Part shown: positions 1 to 10,267 of the stretch, piece by piece
Layout: each line of letters opens with the position of its first letter
Position numbering within the stretch: the stretch's first letter is position 1
Assembly: GCF_006345805.1 (NCBI RefSeq)
Contig: NW_021835614.1
Location: 1-26,361, forward strand
DNA: 26,361 nt
Origin: Octopus sinensis
Lineage: Eukaryota
Direction: 5' to 3'
Made by a program: the position numbers and the translations under genes
Notes under the pieces: model-generated
The model's database searches: none
The model's input: the letters and a program-made list of their open reading frames with translations, nothing else
What the model was told of the DNA's origin: nothing

Positions 1-71
1 ATCATCTCTCATGATATTCATATAGCAATAATTCAGGAAACACTTTTACTACCAGAACACTTAATACCTAC

Positions 72-286
72 CGCTCCAAACTGATGGTGGAGTTGTTGAT
101 GATGGAATTCTTGTTGCTGTTATTGCCACCAAATTTCCTTCGAGTAACACCATATCGCTTTAAGAAGGGAAGAAATATAGGATATTTTTTTTCTCCATAA
201 AGTAGACTTTCAAAACGTGAAATGGACACAGAATGTCGTCTTTGATCACGCTTCGAGCCAGTCAGAACTGATCTGAAACTAGACAT
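72..286 (-). CDS. Candidate host-gene coding exon, possibly an alternative first exon (MSSFRSVLTGSKRDQRRHSVSISRFESLLYGEKKYP...)
   Basis: Non-repetitive sequence. ATG at 286-284 opens a frame that runs into a consensus donor CG|GTAGGT (intron would start at 71). Contains an RRHS PKA-type motif. No homolog recognised. Confidence 0.4.
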
Positions 287-367
287 CCTCAACAAAAATG
301 CTTGAATTCAAAAGAAGTTTTAATCAAAATTTTTATAGCTAGCTTTATTCATTTCTGAAGAAATCCA

Positions 368-861
368 CTCTCTTTACTCTTATTCTTTTTTACTCTTTTA
401 CTTGTTTCAATCATTCGACTCCGACCATGCTGGAGCAAACGCCTTTAGTCGAGCAAATCGTCCCAGGACTTATTCTTGTAAGCCTAGTACTTTTCTATCT
501 CGGTCTCTTTGCCGAACCGCTAGGTTACGGGGACCTAAACACACCAGCATCGGTTGTCAAGCGATGTTGGCGGGACACACACACAGCACACACACACACA
601 CACACCACACACATATATATATATATATATTATATATTACATAGATATATATATATATATATTATATATATATAGATATATATATAATATATATACAACG
701 GCTTATTTCAGTTTCCGTCTACCAATAATCCACTCACAAGGCTTTGGTTGGCCTGAGGCTATAGTAGAAGACACTTGCCCAAGGTGCCACGCAGTGGACT
801 GAACTCGGAACCATGTGGTTGGTAAGCAAGCTACTTACCACACAGCCACTCCTGCCTGCGC
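368..861 (-). mobile_element. tRNA-derived SINE, family 1 (CORE-like octopus SINE), full length
   Basis: Minus strand has A box TGGCTGTGTGG, B box GAGTTCAGTCC, CORE-like CCTTGGGCAAGT, an internal (TA)/(TG) microsatellite and a GAAACAAGTAAAAGAGT tail. Closely similar to 10268-10691. Confidence 0.9.
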
Positions 862-887
862 TTACAATAAGACTTCATTAAAATACT

Positions 888-1092
888 GATTTCAAATTTT
901 GGCACAAGTCCAGCAATTTCCGGGGAAAGGTTAAGTCAATTACATCGACCCCAGTGTTCAACTGATTCTATTTTATCAACCCCCGAAGGAGTAAAAGGCA
1001 AAGTCGACCCGACGGCATTTGAACTCAGAACGGTAAGACGGACGAAATGCCGTAAAGCATTTTACTCCGCTGCTACCGATTCTGCCAGCTCG
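888..1092 (-). mobile_element. tRNA-derived SINE, family 2
   Basis: Reverse complement begins CGAGCTGGCAGAATCG, has B box GAGTTCAAATGCC and GGGGTCGATGTAATTGAC. Homologous to 1474-1658 and 18463-18679. Confidence 0.85.
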
Positions 1093-1275
1093 AGCCTGAC
1101 TGCATCAAGATATTGCCACTCCCCACCTTGAGGAACATTGATCTTTATTATTACTTTCCTAGTCACGATATGTGTTCGAACGTAGCGCGTTTAAGACTCT
1201 TAAATGTAGAAGGAAATAGATAATATAATCAAAATCTTCCGTACGACGAAACAATTCGAGTATTACTATTTAAGC

Positions 1276-1395
1276 CACTGATTCTCAATTGGAGTCCATA
1301 TGAACCCCTGGAGGCCCATATAAGATTTTTGGGGTTCACATAAGCAAAATGATAAATTGGGTGCCTTCGCTAGTATTTTAGGGAGTCCACGAAAT
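1276..1395. mobile_element. Possible hAT-like MITE fragment
   Basis: CACTGATTCTCAATTGGAGTCC resembles CAGTGGTTCTCAA-type hAT termini. No partner TIR found. Confidence 0.25.
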
Positions 1396-1430
<35 letters not shown>

Positions 1431-1473
1431 ACATCGTCGTCGCCGTGGTTATTACTAATATTATTATTATCAT

Positions 1474-1658
1474 GGACGGCGAGTTGGCAGAATCGTTAGC
1501 AGACTGGACAAAATGCTTAGTGTTACTTCACCCGTTGTTATGTTCTAAGTTCAATTTCAGGGTCGATAATTAAGTACCAGTGATACACTAGGGTCGATGT
1601 AATCGACATATCCCTTCTCCCCAAAATTTCAGGCCTTGTCCCTTTAGTGGAAAGGATT
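1474..1658 (+). mobile_element. tRNA-derived SINE, family 2 (internal deletion)
   Basis: GGCGAGTTGGCAGAATCGTTAGC head and GGGTCGATAATTAAGTACCAG (Deu/Nin-like) core. The tail runs into a (TTG)/(TTA) microsatellite. Confidence 0.85.
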
Positions 1659-1876
1659 GTTGTTGCTGATGTGTTGTTGTTGTTGTTACATTGTTATTAT
1701 TAATATCATCATCATCATCATCGTCGTCGTCGTTGTTGTTATTGTTGTTGTTATTATTATTATTGTTATTGTTGTTGTTGTTGTTGTTGTTGTTTTTGCT
1801 GTTGTTGTTGTTGTGGTTGTTGTTATTATTATTATTATTATTATTATCATCATTATTATTATCATTATTATTATTA

Positions 1877-1908
<32 letters not shown>

Positions 1909-1916
1909 GTTGTTAT
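1657..1916. repeat. Compound trinucleotide microsatellite (TTG/TTA/TCA)n
   Basis: Directly visible; source of the poly-N, poly-L and poly-I ORFs. Confidence 0.95.
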
Positions 1917-3306
1917 TTATTGTCTTTGCACAGCTTCTAACGCTGGAAATGTACTGCGGTGCCAGCTTTTCACTACAAGTGAACAAAGGTATCACCCCAT
2001 ATTTTTCGAGCACCATCCGGAGTATTCGAGCAGTTCCAAGCAGTACTACTTTCTGCAAGTGCGCCACCTTTATTGCAGCCCCTATTTGTTTCATGTACTT
2101 TTCAAGATTTTTACTCACTGTTCCCAGGGCTCCGACAATTATTGGTACTACTACCACCTTTTTCAGCGACCATAACTGCTTAACCTCCCAAGCTAACCTG
2201 TCATATCTATCGACTTTTCTTTCTTCCTTATCGAATACCTTGTTGTCAGCTGGTTATGCTATATCTATGATCCAGCATCGTTTGCTTTCTTTCTCAATTA
2301 ACACTATGTCTGGTTTCCTATTCTCTATCTCATGGTCGCACTAAATCATAAAATCCCATAGGATCTTTGCATTATCATTTTCGATGATGCCTTCGAGTTT
2401 ATATTCTTACCACTTTTTTGCACAGTCAAGTCCATACTCGTTGCAAAGTGTCCAATGGACATTCCTTGCTATATTGTAAAAAGGTGTGTAGTGTATATTC
2501 TTTTTCACTGAGTTAGTATTCAATGCCTGATCCTGGGCAGCGATGATTAGGCTTTCAGTATTCTTTTTTAGGTCACTCTTGTTGAGCCAACCCCACGATG
2601 CTTTCTGGTTTTCTAATTTGTTGGTTTCACGGTGGAACTGACTATGTAATTCCGTGCGGAGTAGGGTATCTTGTCTCTTGTTGTTGATCGGAATTCACGA
2701 GCACTCTCCAGTCCATTTTTGGTAAATTCTTCTGTATTGGCAGCATACTATAGCAAGTCTTGTTCACTGTTTATCAAATATTCTGCCATGTTTTTTTCTT
2801 TCACTGCTGGTACACTCCCGTACCAAGTCCACCTTAACCTCTTTTCATGTAGAGCCTGTGTACCTTTGCCTTAGGGTGGTGGGCACCATGCATTGTCATT
2901 GTCTTTCGGGTAGTGTGATCGAGTTGGTCAATCTCCGCTTGTGTCCATCTCAGGGTGGGGGCACTATGGTGGACTACAGCAACAGCCCCTGTGTTGATGC
3001 CAGTCACAAGGTTCCATGAGTTGAGTTTTGATTTCAAGAGAAGTTTAGTGCGCTTAAAATATGTAGTGTTGATCTTGTCTTCCATTTATTAGTGCAAGAT
3101 ATTGTCCAGCTCCAGGATCCCAAGGTACATGTACCCATTGTCATCCGGGTCTTCCATTCTCTCTCCGCTTGGCAATTCTATGTTCCTACAATTTACTCTT
3201 TCTCTCGCTTCAAAGTAAGCTCCGCACACTTCGAGACACCGAATTCCATCCCTGTATCATTGCTGCACATTTCCACTATCTCAACCAGCTTCAACATTTC
3301 AGGCTC

Positions 3307-3310
<4 letters not shown>
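1917..3310 (-). mobile_element. 5'-truncated, degraded R4/Dong-like non-LTR retrotransposon (RT C-terminus plus restriction-like endonuclease)
   Basis: Minus-strand peptides YLGILELDNI, LLKSKLNSWNLVTGIN, RKTMTMHGAHHPKAKVHRLYMKRG, TESLIIAAQDQALNTN, KILWDF, RKPDIVLIEKESKRCWIIDIA and VPIIVGALGTV...LQKVVLLGTARILR (PD-(D/E)xK RLE). Has stops and frameshifts; the CCHC knuckle appears deleted. The 3' end abuts (AAC/AAT)n. Confidence 0.9.
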
Positions 3311-3369
<59 letters not shown>

Positions 3370-3536
3370 CATCGTCATCATCATCATCGTCATCATCGTC
3401 ATAGTCATCGTCATCGTCATCGTCATCACCATCACCATCACCAACATCATCATCATCGTCATCGTTATCATCATCATCGTCGTCATCGTCGTCATCGTCA
3501 TCGTCGTCGTCATCATCATCATCATCATCATTATCA
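3311..3536. repeat. (CAT/CGT)n microsatellite
   Basis: Directly visible. Confidence 0.95.
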
Positions 3537-3700
3537 TTTCGTCCGCCTTTACGTTCGGAGTTCGAATTCCGCCAAGGCCGACTTTGCCTTTTCATTCTTT
3601 CGGAGGTTGATAAAATAAGTACCAGCCGCATACTGTGGTAGATGTAATCGACTATTCCCCTCCCCAAAATTTCAGGCCTTGTGCCTTTAGTAGATAGTAT
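3537..3700 (+). mobile_element. tRNA-derived SINE, family 2, 5'-truncated
   Basis: B box GAGTTCGAATTCC, CTTTGCCTTTTCATTCTTTCGGAGGTTGATAAAATAAGTACCAG, and the same tail as 1474-1658. Confidence 0.85.
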
Positions 3701-3775
3701 TATTATTGTTATTATTATTGTTATTATTATTAATATTAATATTAATATAATAATAATAATAATTATTATTATTAT

Positions 3776-4168
3776 TCAGTAGTTCTATTTTTATAGCGTG
3801 CTTTCACTTCACTACTGAGCGCAGCTCTGTGTGCCTTGGGTATGTGCTGTGGTTTGTTGTGATGCTCTGATGGTTATTGTATGGAAAGTGTTCTGCGTAG
3901 GATGTGTGCAGTGCCTAGTAGTGCAATTTTCTGTATGTTATATGTGTTTGTAAGTCCTGGTGTTTTTGTTATGTATTTGTCTGAATATTTTTTATCATGC
4001 CTAATGCACCTACTCTGATAGGAATTGTTTCTGTTTTTAGATTCCACATTCTGGTTACCTGTATTTCCAGGTCTTTGTATTTTGAAAGTTTCTCCATTTC
4101 TTTTAGGGACACGTTGTCATCTGCTGGTATTGATACATCAATTAGAAAGCATTTTTTTCCTTCATGAT
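3776..4168 (-). mobile_element. Second R4/Dong-like element (different subfamily), RLE end and 3' UTR
   Basis: DHEGKKCFLIDVSIPADDNVSLKEMEKLSKYKDLEIQVTRMWNLKTETIPIRVGALG...IQKIALLGTAHILRRTLS. The 3' end reads ACTGAATAATAAT into a TAA tract. Confidence 0.88.
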
Positions 4169-4169
4169 C

Positions 4170-4228
4170 TATCATCATCATCATCATCATCATCATTATT
4201 ATTATTATTATTATTATTATCATTATCA

Positions 4229-4267
<39 letters not shown>

Positions 4268-4269
4268 TA

Positions 4270-4301
<32 letters not shown>

Positions 4302-4307
4302 GTTATT

Positions 4308-4356
<49 letters not shown>
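4170..4356. repeat. (TCA/TTA)n microsatellite
   Basis: Directly visible. Confidence 0.95.
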
Positions 4357-4358
<2 letters not shown>

Positions 4359-4699
4359 CGTTCGTTTGCATCATTAAAATATCTGGTGGCATAGAATCCA
4401 CGCCGTCGGCAGCTGCAGCAGCAGTTGGATCTACCTTGGGATTTATGTAAATCGAGTGTTGACTAATAAAACATGCTCTTTCGCTAGTTACATACAACAT
4501 TATTAGATGTGTCATATAGATCATCCAGTTATGGTGCGCGGTGGGCGGCTTGGTGGGTGTGTAATGATTTTGTGGAGGTGGGCACGGGAGGTGGGGTGAT
4601 TTAGAAAGTAGAGCTATGGTGGTGGGGGTCGGGAAGACGATTTCAGAAAAACGCGAAGTAAAGTTAATTAGCATCTAGATTAAATGAAGTGTTCCGATG

Positions 4700-5372
4700 G
4701 GAGAGAGAGAGAGAGAGAGATAGAGAGAGAGAAAGAGAATAATGGAAGCAAGAGAGAAGGAGAGGGGGAGTGAGCAAAAAAGTAAGTGAAGAAAGAGAGG
4801 AAAGGAGTGAGTTATAGTCACACATATGACAAGTAATATATATATATATATATATATAATTAAATATATATATAATATAGATGTTATGTGTGTTGTGTGT
4901 GAATGTGTGTGTGTGTATGTGTATATATATGTGTGTGTATTTGTGTGTGTGTATGCGTGCTTTTGTATGTGTATTTCTGCGAGTGTTTGCGTTGTGTGTT
5001 CTTGTGTACAAAGAGAGAGAGAGAGAGAGAGAGAAGAGAGAGAGATGATTAGAAAAGATAAAAGAAATTTTGACATCGGAGAGGAAGGGAATTCAAACAC
5101 ACATACACACACACATATACATACATACATACATACATTCATACATACATACATATATACATTCAAACATACATACATACATACATACATACATGCATAC
5201 ATACATACATACATACATACATGCATACATACATACATACATGCATACATAATACATACATACATGCATACATACATACATGCATACATAATACATACAT
5301 ACATACATACATACATGTATACCTCACGTTCGTTGTTTTCCTTCTTTTCCTTCTTTCGTTTATTTGAATTGA

Positions 5373-5423
<51 letters not shown>

Positions 5424-5430
5424 CACAGAG

Positions 5431-5477
<47 letters not shown>

Positions 5478-5620
5478 CAAAGAGCAAGGGGAAAGAAGGA
5501 GAGAAAAATTGGGAGAAAGAGAGGAAGACAGAGAGGGGTAGAAAGAGGGGAAAGAGTAAGCGATGGGAGAAAGAAATGGTTATGTATGTATGTATGTATA
5601 TATATATATATATTTGGAGG
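4700..5620. repeat. Cluster of (AG)n, (TA)n, (TG)n and (TACA)n microsatellites
   Basis: Directly visible. Confidence 0.9.
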
Positions 5621-5974
5621 GTTGTGTGAATGTATGTAGGTATGGCGATGAGAGATATGGACTGAGAGAGATATTAAGTAAATCAGGGTTTCGATATCCA
5701 CAGCTGCCCCAACAGCAGCCGAACTTCTTTCAAATACCCATCTAGTGTTATAAAATAGAAAGACACGTTTGATAAAGTAATTCGAGATCCCTATGGAATG
5801 GCAATATCAGAGGAATTTGGTAAATCGAAGCTTTACTGATGTCGTGAATGTGTGTATGTGTATGGACATGCGTATGTGAGTGTGCGTGTGTGCGCGTGTG
5901 TGTGTCTGTGTGTGCACATATCTGCACATAAAGATGCATACATAGTCACATGTATACAAATATTCATACATACA

Positions 5975-6470
5975 TCTCTTATTATAAAAGGCAGATTTTA
6001 TCTGCCTCCCTTTGGGAGTTATACAAATCTACAATATAGGATTTCTTCAATTACAATTTACCTAGCATTTTTAAGAGTACAATGCATTGCGTCATGCCAG
6101 GTCCAGTTCTTAAAATTTAAACTCCAATTAAGCAAAATTTACAGAAAACTCACGTTCTGGTGTGTGTGTCAAATGCTTTTCTTAGTCTGGTTTACACCAC
6201 ACGCAAACGCACACACACAGTGGGCAACGAATAAAATGAAAGTAATTGACTTACTGTAGTGAGTGATTCTTTCACTCTGCCTCCCACTTCCTCTTTCCAC
6301 ACATAGACACGCAAATATATAAATAAAATTGTAAGCTAACGTGCGTGTGTGTGAGTGGGTGTGTGTGGGTGTGCGCGTGTGTGTGTGTGTGAGGGTGCGT
6401 GTGTGTGTTTGTGTGTGTGCGTGTGCGTGAGTGTGTGACAGGAAAGTTTTTTACGACGAATATAACACCT
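5975..6470 (+). mobile_element. Possible Helitron-like non-autonomous element, 5' part
   Basis: A|TCTCTTATTATAAAAG start resembles the start at 7527, with a GGCAGA-TTTTA-TCTGCC hairpin. No 3' CTAG end seen; the right boundary is approximate. Confidence 0.35.
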
Positions 6471-6488
6471 ATATCCAAGTAGCAGAAA

Positions 6489-6750
6489 GATAAGACAGTA
6501 AGGTGTGATTTGAGGGAGATTTGGCTGCTATTTCTACCATGTCTAGCTGCCATGTAGGGGTCTCCCTCATACGCTCATACATACATATATACATAGATAA
6601 GACAGTAAGGTGTGATTTGGGGGAAATTTGGCTGCTATTTCTACCACGTCTAGCTACCATGTAGAGGTCCCCCTCATTGGCTCATATATATATACATACA
6701 TAAGACAGTAAGGTGTGATTTGAGGGAGATTTGGCTGCTGTTTCTACCAG
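6489..6750 (+). repeat. Tandem triplication of a ~105-bp unit
   Basis: TAAGACAGTAAGGTGTGATTTGRGGGARATTTGGCTGCTRTTTCTACCA occurs at about 6491, 6598 and 6701. Confidence 0.9.
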
Positions 6751-6821
6751 TCTGTTAGGCCTTCTCATGTAAACTCAGCTTTCTCATGCCTGAACATAAG
6801 ACCAAAGCAGAGAATGTATTC

Positions 6822-7035
6822 TTTTATTCTTCTGCTTTTTCCAGCCATTGGTCTGTGGCCATGCTGGGGCAATGCCTTGAAGAATTGTAGTTTAATGAAT
6901 CAACTCCACTTTTATTTTTGTAAGCATTGTACTTATTCTATCTGTTTCCTTTGTCAAACCACTAGGTGACAGGGATGTAAACAAACCAACATTCGTTGTC
7001 AAGCAGTGGTGGAGGACAATCACAAGCACAGACAC
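6822..7035 (-). mobile_element. SINE family 1, diverged 3' half
   Basis: TGGCCATGCTGGGGCA, GTACTTATTCTATC and GTTGTCAAGC match the 368-861 copy. Confidence 0.75.
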
Positions 7036-7113
7036 GCACACACACACATACATGCATACACATATACACACATACATACATACATACATATATATAATGT
7101 GTGTATATATATA

Positions 7114-7432
7114 TTGCAGCGTGGAAGGTGTTTGTAAGCCATTTAGAAACACACAAAAACCGTTACATTCACTTCAACGTTTAAATTTAATTGCCAAAAT
7201 ATTTTCGTCGCTTTGAGACCGCGACCTGGTCACTGACAAAATTATCGTGCTAACAGGTTGCGGTCTCAAAGCGATGAAAATATTTTGACAAATTAAATTT
7301 AAATGTTGAAGTGAATCTAACGGTTTTTGTGTTTCTTAAATGGCTTATAAACACCTTCAACGCTGCAACTGTTTTCGTTCCAGCACACGATCTCAGATCA
7401 AGTCACTTGCTATGCAAGTACATCTCTGTAAC
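7114..7432. mobile_element. Penelope-like inverted-repeat remnant with a one-sided tail, between (TA) tracts
   Basis: ~115-bp inverted arms (7114-7228 and 7254-7368). Only the right arm has an extra ~60-nt tail. Each arm carries a hammerhead-like motif. Confidence 0.65.
7192..7238 (-). ncRNA. Type I hammerhead-ribozyme-like motif with a G3-C8 swapped core
   Basis: RC: UGUCA GUGACCA G GUCGC ggucucaaa GCGAC GAAA AUAU UU UGGCA. Stem I and stem II are 5 bp each; stem III is palindromic AAUAUU. Confidence 0.6.
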
Positions 7433-7526
7433 TATATATATATTTATATATATATATGTATATGGTTAAAAACAGTAAGATAACAAAAGAAAGAAAGAGA
7501 CCTCAATATTATGTAAATAGAGGAAA

Positions 7527-7917
7527 TCTTTATATATAAAAGTGAGGTTTGTGTCTGTCTCCTACGATTAGATTCCTAACTACTCCCACATTTTGCGGTG
7601 CAGTTTAACCAAAACCGGGTATCTTATAGTCGTGATTCATATCGAGACCGTCTGGGTATTAGCGCGCGTCTACGATGAGTCTACGATTTAAAAAAAAATT
7701 ACCATCATTTTTCCCATTTTTAATCCATTTTTGACATATATAAGAGAAGTAACTCTCTAAAATTTATTATTAAATCTCAGAACGTAAAAAGCTACAGTAA
7801 CACCCCTCCCCCTTTGTGGTTAGCCATATTGAGATGGCTATTATACTTTACATCTCTAAAAATGCTTATATAATTATTTCCCTTACAAACCCGAGCAACG
7901 CCGGGCGATACTGCTAG
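7527..7917 (+). mobile_element. Non-autonomous Helitron
   Basis: A|TC start, subterminal hairpin CCCG-AGCAACGC-CGGG, CTAG|T end: canonical AT insertion with no TSD. Confidence 0.8.
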
Positions 7918-7941
7918 TACATACATAAATGCATACACATA

Positions 7942-7974
<33 letters not shown>

Positions 7975-7989
7975 GTATGTATCTATATG

Positions 7990-8080
7990 TGTCATTATGT
8001 CTGTGTTCGACTCCCACCACTGCTTGACAACCGTTGCTGGTGTGTATACGATCCCGTAACTTAGCGGTTCGGTAAAGACA
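7990..8080 (+). mobile_element. SINE family 1 fragment
   Basis: TGCTTGACAACCGTTGCTGGTGTGTATACGATCCCGTAACTTAGCGGTTCGG is the reverse complement of the segment near 510-562. Confidence 0.75.
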
Positions 8081-8257
8081 CTGTAGTTTGTCGCTTCTGG
8101 TGAATCAACACACACACATACATACATACACACACACACACAGACACACAGACACACAAACACACAGACACACACACGGTGTACTGTTCCGTGATGGTGA
8201 GATCAACGAAAAATGTACTTCATCTGGTGAGCGATAAATATTAATTAATAAGCACAA

Positions 8258-8476
8258 TATATGTCTTTATGTGCTCTTTTAGTTTCATGTGTTGAGAACA
8301 TGCCAAATAGTGTCTTATAACACGTCCGGTGTGTTAGCACAATCCTCAGACGCTGCTCACATAGCATAACCATGTGGGCAGAGTTCGATGATCGTGCTAG
8401 GACACCAGACGTGTTATAAAATACTGTTTGGCATTGTCTCAGCACATGAAGCTAATAGTAGCACGTAAAACATATA
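8258..8476. repeat. ~220-bp imperfect palindrome (foldback, MITE-like)
   Basis: Arms TTATAACACGTCCGGTGT / ACACCAGACGTGTTATAA and TTCATGTGTTGAGA / TCTCAGCACATGAA, with inner stem CTGCTCACAT / ATGTGGGCAG. Confidence 0.85.
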
Positions 8477-8534
8477 ATTTTTAAATAATATACATACGTA
8501 CACACACACACGCACACATACACACACGCACACA

Positions 8535-8577
<43 letters not shown>

Positions 8578-8761
8578 CCTGTCTGTCTATGTAGAAAAGC
8601 TTATATACATATATATATAAATTTATTGATGCGTGTTTATATATGTTTGTTTGCATGTTTACACATATGCACGCACGAAGACACACACAAACGGATGTAT
8701 CTCACCCTGGGAAGCTTGTATTAGTTACAACTACTTCCAAATTAAGGATGTATAGGATGGA

Positions 8762-8912
8762 CGTTCAGTTTCTGTTGATCCAATTCACTCAGAAGACTTT
8801 GGTCGACTCAAGATTAGTTTAGAAGACTTGCCCTAAGTGCCACGCAGTGGAACTGAACTCAAAACCATACGCCTGTTATGCAAATTTCTTAACACAGTTA
8901 CGCTTGTGCCTG
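8762..8912 (-). mobile_element. SINE family 1, diverged tRNA-head half
   Basis: TTCAGTTTCTGT...AGAAGACTTGCCCTAAGTGCCACGCAGTGGAACTGAACTC aligns with 708-850. Confidence 0.75.
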
Positions 8913-9596
8913 TTAGCTGCGCCGGCGTCTTACACTTTTGTTGCCAAAGCAGGGCTAATGAAGTTTGGAACTGTTTTGTGTACTCGATGAAGGAAAGAAA
9001 GAAAAACAGCAGAAGCACCTGTTCTGATTTGACAACAATATTCCATACAAAGGCGAATAAGATGAAGAATGTATTCAAAGAAATATATAAAGACGAAACT
9101 CACTATAAAGAACCGACCTCTACAATGGCTGGTTTAGCAACAGATGTAACACAACCATTTCTAATGATGTATTGAAAGAAAATTTAATCTAACTGACGAA
9201 AACTAGAAGAATCGGAAAGAATAGAATCGGATTTTAAAATAGAAACATCAGAAGAGTTCTTGTTGCGATTAATAGAATGAAGTTGAAATTTCGTGTTTTT
9301 GTTCTTAGTAATCAAGCAATGTCACCACCAGTTTTTCAAATATGGGAATAAATTGGGTTTACTGTAGGTTTCCACAATGAGCGTTTCCATTGTTTAATCA
9401 ACTGAGTTTTATTCTCATTGTATTATTCAATATGTTGCTGAGTATTCCTCAGATGCGTATACCATTATTCTAATCCTTAGAAAGAATCAGCGTGGCGTTA
9501 AATGGCAAGCTTAGGCCTTTTGAATTATTGAGGCCGTCCTAAAGGCTTCCATTCAATAATTTGAGTTAAACCAATTTCGATCATAAAGCCAGGCCC

Positions 9597-9687
9597 ATTC
9601 GGATTACTCCGTCATTCGGATCACTCCGTCATTCGGATAACTCCGTCATTTGGCTACCTCCATCGTTAGCATTCGGATTACTCCGTC
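9597..9687 (+). repeat. 17-bp tandem repeat ATTCGGATHACTCCGTC, about 5 units with one degenerate
   Basis: Directly visible; each unit holds a CGGA-NNNN-TCCG mini-hairpin. Confidence 0.85.
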
Positions 9688-9771
9688 AAATGTAATGCTT
9701 ATTCATTCGCATTGTGTTGTATTAATCAGGAATTATCTCATAACTTTGAGACTTCGATGATGTAACCGATT

Positions 9772-9833
9772 TATGTATGTATGTATGTATGTATGTATGT
9801 ATGTATGTATGTATGTATGTATGTATGTATGTA
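9772..9833. repeat. (TATG)n microsatellite
   Basis: Directly visible. Confidence 0.95.
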
Positions 9834-10005
9834 TATTTGAAAAAGGAAAAGAATGACTTCACAGGTTGTTCTAATCAATTAAAATTTTTACTAATATACT
9901 TTTATAGTTTGGTTTGCAGATCTAGGAAGTTCTTTGTTAACTTCAGTGGGGAGATTTTTTAAAAGATTCCTTGTTAACTTTTCTGGAGAACTTTCTCGCA
10001 TTCCT
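9831..10005 (+). repeat. Left copy of an inverted repeat pair (partner 11789-11936)
   Basis: GTATATTTGAAAAAG...AGTTTGGTTTGCAGATCTAG...GTTCTTTGTTAACTTC.GTGGGGAGAT...TTTTCTGGAGAA match the reverse complement of 11789-11936. Confidence 0.8.
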
Positions 10006-10267
10006 CATATGATTTCGTAGTTAGTGTACATTGCGGCTGAATCTGTTTTTAAGAGACGACTTCCCAGTTACATTCCTTCGCTGTCGGTACACTCTATATT
10101 TATTAAGGTAGTTTTGACTTTAAGAGTCCCTTATAGCGTGAGGTATTTACGTGTACTAATGCCCTTAATATAATAAATGTATTTAAAAGGAATAAATTAA
10201 TTATATATTTTGTATAAAATTTCCCCTTTATCGGTTTTTCACGCTGACTACTTGATAAATTCATATA

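Noticed and set aside
4354-4674. 106-aa minus-strand ORF in unique sequence
   Set aside because: No recognisable domain or splice donor; it could be UTR or regulatory sequence but cannot be supported.
4664-5701. Long ORFs rich in YI, MYVC, HT and ER (also 17965-20456 and 21162-21611)
   Set aside because: These are translations of microsatellites.
8837-9175. 112-aa plus-strand ORF
   Set aside because: Starts inside a SINE remnant and has no recognisable motif.
9190-9215. CTGACGA core word
   Set aside because: No flanking stems can be formed.
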